Below, one piece after another: positions 1 through 11,151 of a DNA stretch of 64,000 nucleotides. Made by a program: the position numbers and the translations under genes. The first letter of the stretch is position 1. Each line of letters opens with the position of its first letter. Under the pieces are notes generated by a model, which was given only the letters and a program-made list of their open reading frames with translations, did no database searches and was not told the origin of the DNA. Origin of the DNA: an uncultured Candidatus Binatia bacterium (GTDB taxonomy: Bacteria > Desulfobacterota > Binatia > Bin18); NCBI GenBank assembly GCA_965200965.1, contig OZ241744.1:2048001-2112000 (forward strand), read 5' to 3'.

Positions 1-10
1 CGCCGACCCC

Positions 11-739
11 ATGACGCGGTGGGGCGGACACATCCTTGAGCGCTTGGAACTGACCGGCGACGAAACCGTGCTGGACGCCGGCTGCGGGACAGGACGGGTG
101 ACTGAGCAACTGCTGGCCCGTTTGCCACGCGGCCGGGTGATCGGAGTTGACGGCTCGGCGGCCATGATTGAACAAGCCGCGGAGCGGTTTCAGACCGACC
201 GCCGGGTCAGCCTGCGTGTGGCCGACCTGCTGAGCCTCAACCTGCCAGAGCGGGTTGAGGCAATCCTGTCAACCGCCACCTTCCACTGGATTCTCGACCA
301 TGCCGCCCTGTTTGCCCGCCTCGCCCGTATTCTCAAATCCGGCGGACAACTGGTTGCTCAGTGTGGCGGCGCGGGCAACATCGCCGGCGTCCGGGCGTCT
401 ATTGCCGCGGTCATGCACACCGCGCCTTTTCAGACCGCCTTTGCCGACTGGCAGGAGCCGTGGGAGTTTGCCCAGCCCGAGATCACCGCCCAACGCCTCC
501 GTCGGGCTGGTTTTGAGCCGCTCACGACCTGGTTACACGCCGAGCCGGTTGAGCTTGAGTCTGAGGCTCAGCTGGCGGACTATCTGCAAACGATTGTGTT
601 GGGAGCGCACCTGCTGCGGCTGGCCCCGGAGTACAAAAGGCGGTTTGCCGAGGCGGTCGCCCAGACGGTCATGCGGCACACCGGGACGGCCTTGATTGAC
701 TATGTGCGCCTCAATATCATCGCCCGTCGGCTCGGCTGA
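11..739 (+). CDS. Class I SAM-dependent methyltransferase (trans-aconitate methyltransferase-like); true start may lie upstream of the window
   Basis: VLDAGCGTG motif I, GVDGS, and ILSTATFHWI typical of Tam-like methyltransferases. Confidence 0.8.
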   Translation: MTRWGGHILERLELTGDETVLDAGCGTGRVTEQLLARLPRGRVIGVDGSAAMIEQAAERFQTDRRVSLRVADLLSLNLPERVEAILSTATFHWILDHAALFARLARILKSGGQLVAQCGGAGNIAGVRASIAAVMHTAPFQTAFADWQEPWEFAQPEITAQRLRRAGFEPLTTWLHAEPVELESEAQLADYLQTIVLGAHLLRLAPEYKRRFAEAVAQTVMRHTGTALIDYVRLNIIARRLG

Positions 740-758
740 TCCAGCCCCATCGTCAGCC

Positions 759-2267
759 ATGAAGACGGCCCGGTCTCTGCTGACCCTGGTCCTGACGAGC
801 CTCTCGCTGCTCGGTCCCCGCGCCGACGCGGCACAGATCGACGCCCTGGCTCGTCGCTACCGGTTTAACTCCACTGATATTGGTGCTATCGTCTTTGATC
901 CCGCTCAGGCCACAGTCCTGGAAGCCCACTTGGCCGACATCCCCCGCATCCCAGCCTCCACAACAAAAATTGTCGTCGCCCTGGCCGCCCTCCACCTGCT
1001 GGGAGCCGAGTATCGGTTCACCACCACCCTGTTGCGAGACGGCGCGATCCGCAACGGTAGCCTGCACGGAGACGTGTATCTGCGCGGCGGCGGGGACCCG
1101 TCCCTGTCAAGCGACGATCTGCACCACTTTGCGGCAGCGCTCAAAAATGCCGGCATCCGGCGCGTGACCGGCCGCTTTGTGTTTGACGACAGCTTTTTGC
1201 CATCCAGCCCGGCCATTAACGACCGGCAGCCGGTCGCCGCAGCGTATAATCCCGGCCTCAGCGCACTGTCCCTCAACTACAACCGTGTTCAGCTCCAGTG
1301 GCGGCATACCGCCGGCAGGCCAGACTTTCAGACCAGGGTCTGGTCGCCGGCCGACAGCGGCAGCCTGCCGCTCGGCGCTATCCAGACCGGCCCCCAGCAG
1401 CCGGGAGGCGACCCCCGCATGAGGTTTCTTCACGCTGCCGCGCCGCTTGACCGCTGGCTGCTGTCCCGCCACCTGCCGCCCCACGGCTGGGAGACCCTGC
1501 CGGTTCGGACAGACCCGGGCCGCCTCACCGCCCTCATCTTTCGCACGCTGTGCTACAACAACGGCATTGCGCTACCTCTTCCACAAACGGGCCTGACACC
1601 CCGGCGCGCCCGGCCGGTCTACACCCACGCCAGCCCGCCCCTCTCACAGCTTATTGCCGGCACTCTGCGCCACAGCAACAATCTTTCGGCAGAACTGATC
1701 GGCCAAGTGGCCAGCCGGCGTCTGCCCGGCCGCCCCGTCACGCTCCATGAATCAGCCTCGGCCCTGGCTGCCTGGTATCGTCAGCGGCTGCCGGACACCG
1801 ACTGGCGGACATTCATCAGCCGCAACCACTCCGGCCTGAGCAAGCGCTCGCGGCACACCCCTCGTCAACTGGCCGCCATTCTCGGCTACGGCTGGCGACT
1901 GGCCACATCTGGAGCCGATTTTGTGGAGCTGCTCCCGGAAAAGATGAATCGTCTTAACCAGTCAGGAGGAAGACAAGACGATTCACCTTCAAGCGACTGG
2001 ACCAAGGCCGACGGACACAGGCGGGAGAGCGTCAGGGCAAAATCCGGCACAATGCACTACGCCGCCGGCTTGGCCGGCTACCTGTTCAGCCGCAGCGGTC
2101 GACGGCTGGGCTTTGTCATTCTGCTGACCGATTTTGCCCGGCGCGCCGCCCTTGACGCCGCGTTTGACCCCCGCATTGCTACCGACCCCCCCGAAGCCAA
2201 CGCCTGGACCACACGGGCCAGACGCTTCAGACGCGCGCTGGTCAAGGTCTGGCTTGAACGCTACTGA
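759..2267 (+). CDS. dacB: D-alanyl-D-alanine carboxypeptidase/endopeptidase (PBP4, peptidase S13)
   Basis: Signal peptide after ATG 759; SxxK (PASTTK), GGGDP, SxN (HSNN) and KSG motifs. Confidence 0.88.
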   Translation: MKTARSLLTLVLTSLSLLGPRADAAQIDALARRYRFNSTDIGAIVFDPAQATVLEAHLADIPRIPASTTKIVVALAALHLLGAEYRFTTTLLRDGAIRNGSLHGDVYLRGGGDPSLSSDDLHHFAAALKNAGIRRVTGRFVFDDSFLPSSPAINDRQPVAAAYNPGLSALSLNYNRVQLQWRHTAGRPDFQTRVWSPADSGSLPLGAIQTGPQQPGGDPRMRFLHAAAPLDRWLLSRHLPPHGWETLPVRTDPGRLTALIFRTLCYNNGIALPLPQTGLTPRRARPVYTHASPPLSQLIAGTLRHSNNLSAELIGQVASRRLPGRPVTLHESASALAAWYRQRLPDTDWRTFISRNHSGLSKRSRHTPRQLAAILGYGWRLATSGADFVELLPEKMNRLNQSGGRQDDSPSSDWTKADGHRRESVRAKSGTMHYAAGLAGYLFSRSGRRLGFVILLTDFARRAALDAAFDPRIATDPPEANAWTTRARRFRRALVKVWLERY

Positions 2268-2332
2268 TTCACTCGTCCGGTTTCACACCTCAGCCTTGAC
2301 AGCCCCCCAAGCCCTTTGCTCTGCTGGGACCC

Positions 2333-2602
2333 ATGTCGCAGCGCAAGAGCGTCGCCTCACTGACCGGCCAACTCATCGCCATCCGGACCACCCTGAAGCG
2401 CGAGCTGGGCGCTGAGTACGACCAGAAAATTGAGCCGGTCCGGGCCGTCCTCAGAGAAATCGCTCAGGACAAGCCGCTGGTGGAAGTGCTACAGCAGACG
2501 ATTGACCGCTTACTGGCCAGAGAGGCCGACAATGTGGAACTGATGACCCTGATTGCCGCCGGTCTCGATGTCATTGAAGAAACCCAGCAGACCCACCATT
2601 AG
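2333..2602 (+). CDS. Hypothetical 89-aa helical protein
   Basis: Clean ORF with host-like codon use; a TTGACA lies about 40 nt upstream. Confidence 0.6.
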   Translation: MSQRKSVASLTGQLIAIRTTLKRELGAEYDQKIEPVRAVLREIAQDKPLVEVLQQTIDRLLAREADNVELMTLIAAGLDVIEETQQTHH

Positions 2603-2702
2603 CCCATGTTTTCAGTTTTGCGATCTTTGATTTTCCCCCGCACTGGCCTCGCAACTCCCCACACGCATTGTCCCCCCCGGCCTGATCTGCTAAGCCTGAG
2701 GG

Positions 2703-3821
2703 GTGAGCCCGCAAGACAAGTTAGGCGCGATCCGCCAGGAACTCCAGCACACCTTCCTGGAGCGTGCCGAGTTGATTGACGGCGCGCTAGCCGCCCTGCT
2801 GTCCTCCCAACACGTCCTGATTATCGGCCCGCCGGGCACGGCCAAATCCATGCTGGCCGACGCGCTGTGTCGGCGGATTACCGGCGGGACTTATTTTCAG
2901 TGGCTGCTGACCAAATTCACCACCCCCGAAGAGCTGTTTGGCGCGGTCAGCCTCAAAGCTCTGGAAGCCGACGATTACCGGCGGGTGACAGACCATAAGC
3001 TGCCCCAGGCCCAGATTGCCTTTCTGGACGAGGTGTTCAAGGCCAGCTCGTCCATCCTGAACGCCGTTCTGAGCATTATCAACGAACGTCTGTTCCACAA
3101 CGGGCGAGAGATTGTGTCCGTCCCCCTCCTCAGCCTGTTTGGTACCAGCAACGAGCTGCCCGAGGATGACGAGTTGTTGGCCCTGTACGACCGTTTCCTG
3201 CTCCGCTTTGTGGTCAACTACATCGGCGAAGATTTCCGTTTCCTCAAAATGTTGCAGACCACCCCCCCGCCCCAGTCCACTACCGTGAGCCTCGACGAAC
3301 TGCGCCAGATGCAGGCCGAGGTCCGGGCCGTTCGCATCCCCGACGCCGTGCTGAGCGTCCTGGCCGATATTCGCCGCGAATTGAACAAGAAAAACATCAT
3401 CGCCTCTGACCGTCGTTACCGCCAGAGTCTATCTCTCCTCCAAGCCCTGGCCTATCTGAACGGCCAGCCCACGGTGGGCGAAGCAGACCTGTTTTTTCTG
3501 GAACATGTGCTATGGAAAGAGCCTTCAGAGCAGGGCGCGGTCCACGCCGTCATCCAGAGTTTAATCCACGGCTTCGAGGACAGCGTGCGAGAGCTGTTGT
3601 TTCAAACCCGCGAGTTGCGCGATTATGCCGAACGGGAGTGGGACGACGAAGAACAACACGCCCGAACGGTAATTGAAGCCCATACCAAGATTCGCCGCAT
3701 CCTGGCCCAGGTTGAAGAGATCAGCCAACAGGCCCGGCAGGGAGGTCGTCCGCTCGATACAGTCGTCGCCATCCGCCAGGAGATTGAGGGCATTCAGCAA
3801 CAACTGCTCGAGAAAATATAA
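2703..3821 (+). CDS. MoxR-family AAA+ ATPase (RavA-like)
   Basis: Walker A GPPGTAKS, FTTPEELFG, Walker B FLDEVFK, SNELP and LYDRF. Confidence 0.9.
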   Translation: MSPQDKLGAIRQELQHTFLERAELIDGALAALLSSQHVLIIGPPGTAKSMLADALCRRITGGTYFQWLLTKFTTPEELFGAVSLKALEADDYRRVTDHKLPQAQIAFLDEVFKASSSILNAVLSIINERLFHNGREIVSVPLLSLFGTSNELPEDDELLALYDRFLLRFVVNYIGEDFRFLKMLQTTPPPQSTTVSLDELRQMQAEVRAVRIPDAVLSVLADIRRELNKKNIIASDRRYRQSLSLLQALAYLNGQPTVGEADLFFLEHVLWKEPSEQGAVHAVIQSLIHGFEDSVRELLFQTRELRDYAEREWDDEEQHARTVIEAHTKIRRILAQVEEISQQARQGGRPLDTVVAIRQEIEGIQQQLLEKI

Positions 3822-3834
3822 ACCCGAACTACCC

Positions 3835-5412
3835 ATGCCCAAGAAAAAATCCCGCTTTATCCTCCCCCCGCCGCCCCCTCTCCCGCACAATGAACACTGG
3901 ATCGAGAGCGATGCCTACGACCGCGCGGTATACCGCAAGCTGCGCGAAGCGTCGCCGTCTCTACACGCCTTGGAGGACACCGGCGCTACCCTAGCCCCCC
4001 GGTTTGGGGCGCTGCTGCAAGACCTGTTCTGCGCCCTGTTCAAACAGAATGTTCTCTTTCTCAACGAGGACGCGGTGGTGCCCAGCGCCAAGCTGAACAA
4101 AACCCTGCTCGACGCCCTGCATCGCGGCGAGTTGGCCCAGTTCCTGCGTCAGGCGACCGTACTGGATGAGGGCCGGGCCGGCCTGGCCACGGTCCTGCTG
4201 GGCGAGGGTGCCCTCAGGCTGCTCAAGTCCGAAAAAACCCTCACCCGCCGTCACATGCTCGACATGCAGCGCCTCCGCCGGCAGGAGAAAACGGCCCAGG
4301 AAAAGGGAGCAGCCGCCCACGAGGCCAAACAACTCGCCAAAGAGTTGGCCGGGGACGTATCCAAAAAAACCAGGGAACCCTTGGAACACGCCGCCAACAA
4401 ACTGGCCAGCGAAGCCCGGGCCGAGGATGCTCGCCTGCGTCAACAGTCCAAACGGCTCGGGGCTGAGCTGGCCGACATGCAGGCCGAGGTCGAGAACCGC
4501 TTTCGCAAAGAGGCCATTGCGGTGGCCCAAAACCTGGACGACGCGCTGCAAGAAGCCGATTCGTGGAGCACAACCGTCGGGGGCAGCCGCACCTCCTCGC
4601 CCGGCCGTCAGATCGAGCTGGGCAAACATCTGGCCGGAAACGACAAACTCAAGACACTGGCCCGGATGGTCGGCCGCATGAAGGATCACGCCCTGGCCCT
4701 GCGGCGGAAGATTTTTGAGCGCAGATCAGAAGAACTGTTTGAAGCCAGCCTGGGCAGTGAAATAAGCCGCCTGCTGCCGCACGAACTGGTGTCCTTCCGC
4801 CACCCCGTCTTGCGGAAAGATTTTACCCGGCGTTTTTTGGACCACCAGCTCCTCGTCTACGCGCTGCGGGGCGTTGAAGAAAAGGGCAAAGGCCCGGTGA
4901 TCGTGTGTCTGGACGGCAGTTCGTCCATGCTGGGCGACAAAGAGGTGTGGGCCAAAGCGCTGACCCTGACCCTGCTGGAGATTGCCCGCCGTCAACGCCG
5001 CCTGTTTCGGTCCATCTGCTTTTCGTCGGCCGGCAGCCCGCTGCGCGTCCTCGACCTCAACCCGCGCGAGCGCTACGAGGTCGAAATGTCAAAAGTTATG
5101 GAGTTGGCCGAGTACTTCCCCGGCGGCGGCACCGACTTTGAGACGCCGCTGAATGCCGCGGTCACGGGCCTGCGGCAGGCCCGGTTCAAGCGGGGCGATA
5201 TTGTGTTCATTACCGATGGCGAGTGTCGGGTCAGTCCCGACTGGGCCGAACGGTTTCGCCAGGACAAAGACACGCTGGGCTTCTCCCTGTTCTCCATCCT
5301 GATCGACCTAGGCTTCAGTTCACTCGGCAGCCTCAAGGCGTTCAGCGACAAGATCACCACCGTCTCACGGCTGACCGACGAAGGGGTGAAAGACGTGTTT
5401 GTGAAGCTGTAA
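3835..5412 (+). CDS. VWA-domain protein (ViaA-like partner of the MoxR ATPase)
   Basis: MIDAS DGSSSM, GGTDF and ITDGE; directly downstream of the MoxR gene. Confidence 0.88.
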   Translation: MPKKKSRFILPPPPPLPHNEHWIESDAYDRAVYRKLREASPSLHALEDTGATLAPRFGALLQDLFCALFKQNVLFLNEDAVVPSAKLNKTLLDALHRGELAQFLRQATVLDEGRAGLATVLLGEGALRLLKSEKTLTRRHMLDMQRLRRQEKTAQEKGAAAHEAKQLAKELAGDVSKKTREPLEHAANKLASEARAEDARLRQQSKRLGAELADMQAEVENRFRKEAIAVAQNLDDALQEADSWSTTVGGSRTSSPGRQIELGKHLAGNDKLKTLARMVGRMKDHALALRRKIFERRSEELFEASLGSEISRLLPHELVSFRHPVLRKDFTRRFLDHQLLVYALRGVEEKGKGPVIVCLDGSSSMLGDKEVWAKALTLTLLEIARRQRRLFRSICFSSAGSPLRVLDLNPRERYEVEMSKVMELAEYFPGGGTDFETPLNAAVTGLRQARFKRGDIVFITDGECRVSPDWAERFRQDKDTLGFSLFSILIDLGFSSLGSLKAFSDKITTVSRLTDEGVKDVFVKL

Positions 5413-5423
5413 CGAGGAAAGCC

Positions 5424-6290
5424 ATGTCCAAAGATATCTCGGTGTGTTTGTCCTTTGATTTTGACGGCATGTCCGTCTGGACAGGCTCCTTCCGCACCCG
5501 CTCGCCAAGTACTCTATCACGCGGCGAGTTCGGCAGGGTCGGCACAGAGCGCATACTCGAGCTGCTCAGCCGCTACCGGCTGCCGGCCTCATGGTTTATC
5601 CCCGGCCATACGGCTGAGACCTTCCCGGACAGCGTGCGGCGAATTGCCGACGCCGGGCACGAAATCGGCCACCACGGCTATTGCCACGAAAACCCGTGCT
5701 CGCTGTCGGCCGACCAGGAGCGCGCCGTCCTGGAACGGGGCAGTGCCTGCTTGCAGCGGCTGACCGGCAAAGCGCCGGTCGGCTATCGCTCGCCGGCCGC
5801 GGACGTCAGCCCCATCACCCACCGCCTGCTCCTGGAGTACGGCTTTGTGTACGACTCCAGCATGATGGCCGACGATTTCACCCCCTACTACTGTCGGGTC
5901 GGAGACGAGATGCACACCGACGCCGCATATGTCTTCGGCCAAGAGATCGACGTGCTCGAACTGCCGCTGGACTGGAGTCTGGACGACTGGCCGTACTTCA
6001 ACCTGCACTGGCCGGCCAAGCACGTCGGTCTGCGCACGCCCGATGAGGTGTATACAATCTGGGCGGCCGATTTTGACTTTCTGTACGACCGCATTGGCCG
6101 GGGCGTCTATACCCTGACCATGCACCCCCAGGTCATCGGGCGTGGCCACCGGCTGCTGATGCTGGAGCGGCTCATTGACTACCTGCAAAGCCACGACGGG
6201 GTAATGTTCAAGACGATGGGTCAGGTGGCGGTCGAGTGGAAACAGGCCCACCCCCTCCAATCTGTACAGCGGGCTGAGGAGCAGCATTGA
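5424..6290 (+). CDS. Polysaccharide deacetylase family protein (PuuE/PgdA-like)
   Basis: SFDFD, HEIGHHGYCH, GYRSP, YDSS and LTMHPQ motifs; GAGGA RBS. Confidence 0.88.
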   Translation: MSKDISVCLSFDFDGMSVWTGSFRTRSPSTLSRGEFGRVGTERILELLSRYRLPASWFIPGHTAETFPDSVRRIADAGHEIGHHGYCHENPCSLSADQERAVLERGSACLQRLTGKAPVGYRSPAADVSPITHRLLLEYGFVYDSSMMADDFTPYYCRVGDEMHTDAAYVFGQEIDVLELPLDWSLDDWPYFNLHWPAKHVGLRTPDEVYTIWAADFDFLYDRIGRGVYTLTMHPQVIGRGHRLLMLERLIDYLQSHDGVMFKTMGQVAVEWKQAHPLQSVQRAEEQH

Positions 6291-7501
6291 TGATAGACAC
6301 CCCGGCCTCCGCCCTGTCTGACCTGCGGGTGCTTGACCTGACCGACCTCAAGGGTGCCCTGTGTGCCAAGCTGATGGGCGACATGGGTGCCGATGTGGTC
6401 AAGATCGAGCCGCCCAACGGAGACCCCACGCGGCATATCGGGCCGTTTCTCGACGCCGGGCAAGACGGCCGGCCCAGCCTGCTGTACTGCTTCTACAACA
6501 CCAGTAAACGGGGCGTCACACTCGATATCCACCGGCCGGACGGCCAAGCCCTGTTCAAACGCCTGGTGCCCCACGTTGATGTGGTGGTCGAGTCCTTTCC
6601 TCCCGGAACCCTGGACGCGCTCGGGCTGGGCTATGATATCCTGGCCGGCCTCAACCCCCGGCTGGTGCTGACCTCCATCACCCCGTTTGGGCAGAGCGGG
6701 CCATACGCCACCTACAAAAGCTCGGACACGGTGGCCGAAGCCCTCGGCGGCATGGTGTACGTCAACGGCTTTCCCGATGAACCGCCGCTGCGGGGTCTGG
6801 GCCTGCAAGCCTACCACAGCGCCGCCTTTTTTGGCGCGATTGGGACCATGTGTGCGCTGTGGGCGCGCGACGCAATCGGCCGGGGGCAGTGGGTCAATAT
6901 CAGCCTGCACGAAGCCGTGGCCGCCGCGGTCGAGCATGTAGCACCGTTTTACCACCAGGGTTTAGGCGTCGAGACACGCCGCGGCAGCCTGCACTGGAGC
7001 CGCTATTTTCGGGTCGCCCGGTGTCAGGACGGCTATGTCATGCACTGCACCTTGGGCGATTGGACCTCGCTGGTCGAATGGGTCAGAGCCGACGGCCAGG
7101 GCCAGGGTCTGGACACGCCCGCCTGGCAAGACCTGGAGTACCGCCGGGATCACGCCGAGGATCTGTTTGAGCTGCTCGACGACTGGGCCAAGGAGTATCG
7201 CGTGGCCGAGTTGATGGAAGGTGCCCAGCTGCGGCGGATTCCATACGCGATGGTCCGTCCGCCCGAGGCCCTGCTTGACGACCCGCAGCTCGCCGCCCGC
7301 GGCTTTTTTACCGAGTGTGAGCATCCAGAACTCGGCCGTTCGGTGCGCTATCCCGGCGGACCGTTCGTTTTCACCAAAACGCCGTGGCGGATCTCACGGC
7401 GGCCGCCGCTGCTGGGCGAACACAACGCTGAGATATTCGGCGGCGAGCTCGGACTCAGCCACAAACAGCTGACCGGGCTTGTGCAAGACGGCGTGATTTG
7501 A
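6290..7501 (+). CDS. CaiB/BaiF (family III) CoA-transferase subunit, probably non-catalytic (BbsE-like)
   Basis: [27 protein letters not shown] and PPLLGEHN; the catalytic Asp position reads Y (QAYH). Confidence 0.85.
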   Translation: MIDTPASALSDLRVLDLTDLKGALCAKLMGDMGADVVKIEPPNGDPTRHIGPFLDAGQDGRPSLLYCFYNTSKRGVTLDIHRPDGQALFKRLVPHVDVVVESFPPGTLDALGLGYDILAGLNPRLVLTSITPFGQSGPYATYKSSDTVAEALGGMVYVNGFPDEPPLRGLGLQAYHSAAFFGAIGTMCALWARDAIGRGQWVNISLHEAVAAAVEHVAPFYHQGLGVETRRGSLHWSRYFRVARCQDGYVMHCTLGDWTSLVEWVRADGQGQGLDTPAWQDLEYRRDHAEDLFELLDDWAKEYRVAELMEGAQLRRIPYAMVRPPEALLDDPQLAARGFFTECEHPELGRSVRYPGGPFVFTKTPWRISRRPPLLGEHNAEIFGGELGLSHKQLTGLVQDGVI

Positions 7502-7575
7502 AAGAACAGGGCGGTCTGGCCAGAAAAGACGCTTCCCCTTGGGAAGGGGATGAAGGGAAGGGAAAGGAAAGCGGC

Positions 7576-8061
7576 ATGGCACATGTGGCGATTATCATGG
7601 GCAGTAGGAGCGACTGGGACACCATGCGCGGGGCGAGCGAGACGCTTGCCGAACTCGGGGTTGAGCACGAAAACCGCATCCTGTCGGCCCATCGCACCCC
7701 GGAGGCCCTGGCCGCCTATGTCAAAGAGGCCGAGGCACGGGGCGTGCGGGTGTTTATTGCCGGGGCCGGCGGTGCGGCCCATCTGGGCGGGGTAATTGCC
7801 TCCCAGACGCTGCTGCCGGTCCTCGGCGTGCCCATGCAGTCCAAAGCCCTCAACGGGCTGGACTCGCTGCTGTCCATCGTCCAGATGCCCAAAGGCATCC
7901 CGGTCGCCAGCTTGGCCATCGGCGATGCCGGGGCGGCCAACGCGGGTCTACTGGCGGCCCAGATTCTATCGCTGTCAGACCCGGCCCTGGCCGAACGCCT
8001 CAAAGCCCATCGCGCCCGGCAGGCGGCCAGGGTCCTGGAGCAGCAGATCGAAGCACAGTGA
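7576..8061 (+). CDS. purE: N5-carboxyaminoimidazole ribonucleotide mutase
   Basis: [23 protein letters not shown] and [11 protein letters not shown]. Confidence 0.97.
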   Translation: MAHVAIIMGSRSDWDTMRGASETLAELGVEHENRILSAHRTPEALAAYVKEAEARGVRVFIAGAGGAAHLGGVIASQTLLPVLGVPMQSKALNGLDSLLSIVQMPKGIPVASLAIGDAGAANAGLLAAQILSLSDPALAERLKAHRARQAARVLEQQIEAQ

Positions 8062-8957
8062 TGAAGAGCGCGATGAGTGATCTTGTCTTAGCAACGACGA
8101 TAGACGGCCTGCCCATCCCCCGTCGGGGGAAAGTGCGGGATATCTATGAGACGGACGACTATCTGCTGATCGTCGCCACCGACCGGGTCTCGGCCTTTGA
8201 CGTGGTCCTGCCCGACGGGATTCCGGGCAAGGGCCGGGTCCTGACCGAGGTCTCGGGCTTCTGGTTTCGGGAGCTGGCCGATGTCGTTCCCCACCACCTG
8301 CTCTCGCTGGAGGTGGCCGACTTTCCGGCCGCGTGTCAGCCCTACCGCGATCAGCTGGACGGCCGCGCCATGCTGGTCAAAAAGGCCGAGCCGCTGCCGG
8401 TCGAGTGTATCGTGCGCGGCTACCTGGCTGGTTCGGGCTGGAAGGAGTACGGCCAGACTCAGAGTGTGTGCGGGATTCGGCTACCGGCCGGCCTGCGGGA
8501 GAGCGAGGAGCTGCCCGGGCCCATCTTTACCCCATCAACCAAAGCGCCCGAAGGTGAGCACGACGAGAACATTGCGTTTGCAGAAGTCGAGCGCCTGCTC
8601 AGCCGCCACCTGGCCGAACGGGTGCGTGACATCAGCCTGGCCCTGTATCGCCGCGCCCTGGCCCTGGCCAGAACAAAGGGCTTCCTGCTGGCCGACACCA
8701 AGTTTGAGTTTGGCCTCAAAGACGGCCAACTGCTGCTCATTGACGAGGTCTTTACCCCGGATTCGTCCCGTTTCTGGCGGGCTGATACCTACCGCCCTGG
8801 GACGGCCCAGGACAGCTACGACAAACAGATCATCCGGGACTATCTGCTGTCGATCAACTGGGACAAACAGCCGCCCGCCCCCCACCTGCCGCCCGATATT
8901 ATCGAGCGAGCGGCCGCCCGCTATCAGGAAATCAGCGCCCGGCTGATGGACGGCTGA
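8058..8957 (+). CDS. purC: SAICAR synthetase (alternative start at ATG 8073)
   Basis: [30 protein letters not shown] and TPDSSRFW. Confidence 0.96.
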   Translation: MMKSAMSDLVLATTIDGLPIPRRGKVRDIYETDDYLLIVATDRVSAFDVVLPDGIPGKGRVLTEVSGFWFRELADVVPHHLLSLEVADFPAACQPYRDQLDGRAMLVKKAEPLPVECIVRGYLAGSGWKEYGQTQSVCGIRLPAGLRESEELPGPIFTPSTKAPEGEHDENIAFAEVERLLSRHLAERVRDISLALYRRALALARTKGFLLADTKFEFGLKDGQLLLIDEVFTPDSSRFWRADTYRPGTAQDSYDKQIIRDYLLSINWDKQPPAPHLPPDIIERAAARYQEISARLMDG

Positions 8958-8972
8958 GGAGCGGAGCGCGCC

Positions 8973-9905
8973 GTGCAGGTCAACCTGTGGATGTGGGTCG
9001 CGTTTACGATCGCGGTACTGGGGCTGCTCCTCCTCGACCTGACCGTTTTCCACCGACACGCCCACGTTGTCTCGAAAAAAGAGGCCGCCCTGTGGAGCGT
9101 GCTGTGGATCGCCTTGGCCATGCTGTTCAATGTCGGCATCTTTGTCTTCTACGGCAAAGAGCGGGCACTCGAGTTTCTGGCCGGTTATCTGATCGAAAAA
9201 TCGCTGAGCGTTGACAACATCTTTGTCTTCCTGATGCTGTTTTCGTACTTCTCGGTGCCGGCCATCTACCGCCACCGGGTGCTGTTCTGGGGCATCCTGG
9301 GCGCGCTGGTCATGCGCGCCGTCTTCATTGGCGTCGGGGCCGCCCTGCTGCACAACTTCCACTGGGTGCTGTATGTGTTCGGCGCTTTTCTGGTCTGTAC
9401 CGGCATCCGCATGGTGGCCAAGGAAGAGGAGCAAACCGACCCGAGCACGAATCCGGCTATCCGACTGCTGCGCCGCTTCATGCCCGTGACCTCAGGCTAT
9501 GAGGGCCAGCATTTTCTGGTCCGGCGCAACGGTCGCCTGTTTGCCACCCCGCTGCTGGTCGTGCTGGTCACGGTCGAAACCACCGACCTGGTCTTTGCCG
9601 TTGACTCGATCCCGGCCATTTTTGCCGTGACCGATGACCCGTTCATCGTCTACACGTCCAATGTCTTTGCCATACTGGGCTTACGCGCCCTGTTCTTCCT
9701 GGTCGCCGGCGTCCTGGACCTGTTCGTCTACCTGCGCCACGGCCTCGGCTGCGTGCTCGGCTTTGTGGGGGTCAAGATGCTGCTGGTCGATCTGTACAAA
9801 ATCCCGATCGAGCTCTCGCTGAGCGTCATTGTCGGCATTCTGGGCATCTCCATAGCCGCGTCCCTCTTCTTCCCACCCAAGCAAGCCCAAGCCGCCCAAC
9901 AGTAG
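8973..9905 (+). CDS. TerC/Alx family membrane protein
   Basis: EKSLSVDNIFVF, DLVFAVDSIPA and SNVFAILGLR. Confidence 0.93.
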   Translation: MQVNLWMWVAFTIAVLGLLLLDLTVFHRHAHVVSKKEAALWSVLWIALAMLFNVGIFVFYGKERALEFLAGYLIEKSLSVDNIFVFLMLFSYFSVPAIYRHRVLFWGILGALVMRAVFIGVGAALLHNFHWVLYVFGAFLVCTGIRMVAKEEEQTDPSTNPAIRLLRRFMPVTSGYEGQHFLVRRNGRLFATPLLVVLVTVETTDLVFAVDSIPAIFAVTDDPFIVYTSNVFAILGLRALFFLVAGVLDLFVYLRHGLGCVLGFVGVKMLLVDLYKIPIELSLSVIVGILGISIAASLFFPPKQAQAAQQ

Positions 9906-9946
9906 GGACGAGGTGTCGCCGCGTCCCCCATTTGCCCTTTGGCTGA

Positions 9947-10870
9947 TCAGAGCCGCGGCATGATATCCTGGGCAAAGACCTCCAGATGCTCCATATCGTC
10001 AAAGGCAGGGTTGATCATCAGATGCCGCGCCCCGGCCTGAATCAACTCGCCGAGCCTGTCGATACACTCCTGAGGGCTGCCCCAGATCGAGACCTGCGAG
10101 CCCATGTCGGCATTCTTGTAGCGCACGCCAAACCACTCGCGCAGCCGGCGCTCGGCCCGGTCACGGTCCGTATCGACCGCTGCATACACCCGCTTTGAGA
10201 TCGCAAAGCTGGCCGGGTCGCGCCCGGCCTGGTCGAGAAAGCGCCGCACTTGGCCGTACTGGCTGACAAAATCGGCGCTGGACGACGAGCCGGCCCCCAT
10301 CCAGCCATCGCCGTGACGGACCGCCCGGCGCAGGGCCAACTCTGAGCGGGCCCCAAACCAGACCGGCGGATGCGGCTGCTGGACCGGCTTGGGCTCCATA
10401 GCTGCGTCTTTGAGCTGCCAGAACAGACCGCTGTAGCTGGCCTTGGGCTGGGTCCACAACGCCTTCATGATATCGAGTCCCTCCACAAAACGTTGCATCC
10501 GCCGCTCCGTGGAGTAGCCAAAAACCGTCTCCGGTACATGTCCGCCGCCGCCCACGCCGACGATCAACCGCCCTTCGCTCATACAGTCCAGGCTCGACAG
10601 GGCCTTGGCCAGTTGCAGGGGGTTGCGCAGGGTGGTGAGCAGGACCGAGGTACCGATCTTCGGCTTGGCGGTCAGGGCCGCCACATAGCTCAGCAGCGTC
10701 ACCGGCTCAAGAATCGGAAAATCGCTCAAAATGGTCTCCTGGACCCACAGACTGTCATAGCCCAGCGTTTCGGCCCGCCGTACAAAGTCGCCCACAAAGC
10801 CCATATCAACGCCAGAGCCGGGAAAAACCTGGGGGATTGCAAATCCACACGGGGTGTTGCCAACTGCCAT
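9947..10870 (-). CDS. LLM-class flavin/F420-dependent oxidoreductase
   Basis: GYDSLWV, GTSVL, LAKALSSLD and PKPVQQPHPPVW. Confidence 0.88.
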   Translation of the reverse strand: MAVGNTPCGFAIPQVFPGSGVDMGFVGDFVRRAETLGYDSLWVQETILSDFPILEPVTLLSYVAALTAKPKIGTSVLLTTLRNPLQLAKALSSLDCMSEGRLIVGVGGGGHVPETVFGYSTERRMQRFVEGLDIMKALWTQPKASYSGLFWQLKDAAMEPKPVQQPHPPVWFGARSELALRRAVRHGDGWMGAGSSSSADFVSQYGQVRRFLDQAGRDPASFAISKRVYAAVDTDRDRAERRLREWFGVRYKNADMGSQVSIWGSPQECIDRLGELIQAGARHLMINPAFDDMEHLEVFAQDIMPRL

Positions 10871-11151
10871 ATGCCCTCCTTTGCCACGCGGATCATCCCT
10901 TATGTGTGGCGGTCAGGATGATCCTGTGTGGCCTGTCTATCTTGACCGGCGGGCCGGGGCAAGGAACGGAAGGTGAGGAGGCCGCCCGGCTCGCTGGACT
11001 ACCGCTCCCGGATCGACAAGCCCGAGGAGCTGTAGTAAGAGGAATGCGGTATGGCTGAGCAAGACCTTTTCACGGCTCGCGACGAATGACGCATGCTGGC
11101 GAAAAATCGTTTGGGGCCTTTGCCGCCTGATATCAAGGAGAAGGAGTCTAT

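Noticed and set aside
10880-11150. Intergenic mini-ORF MAEQDLFTARDE or a possible ncRNA
   Set aside because: Too short, with no identifiable structure or family.
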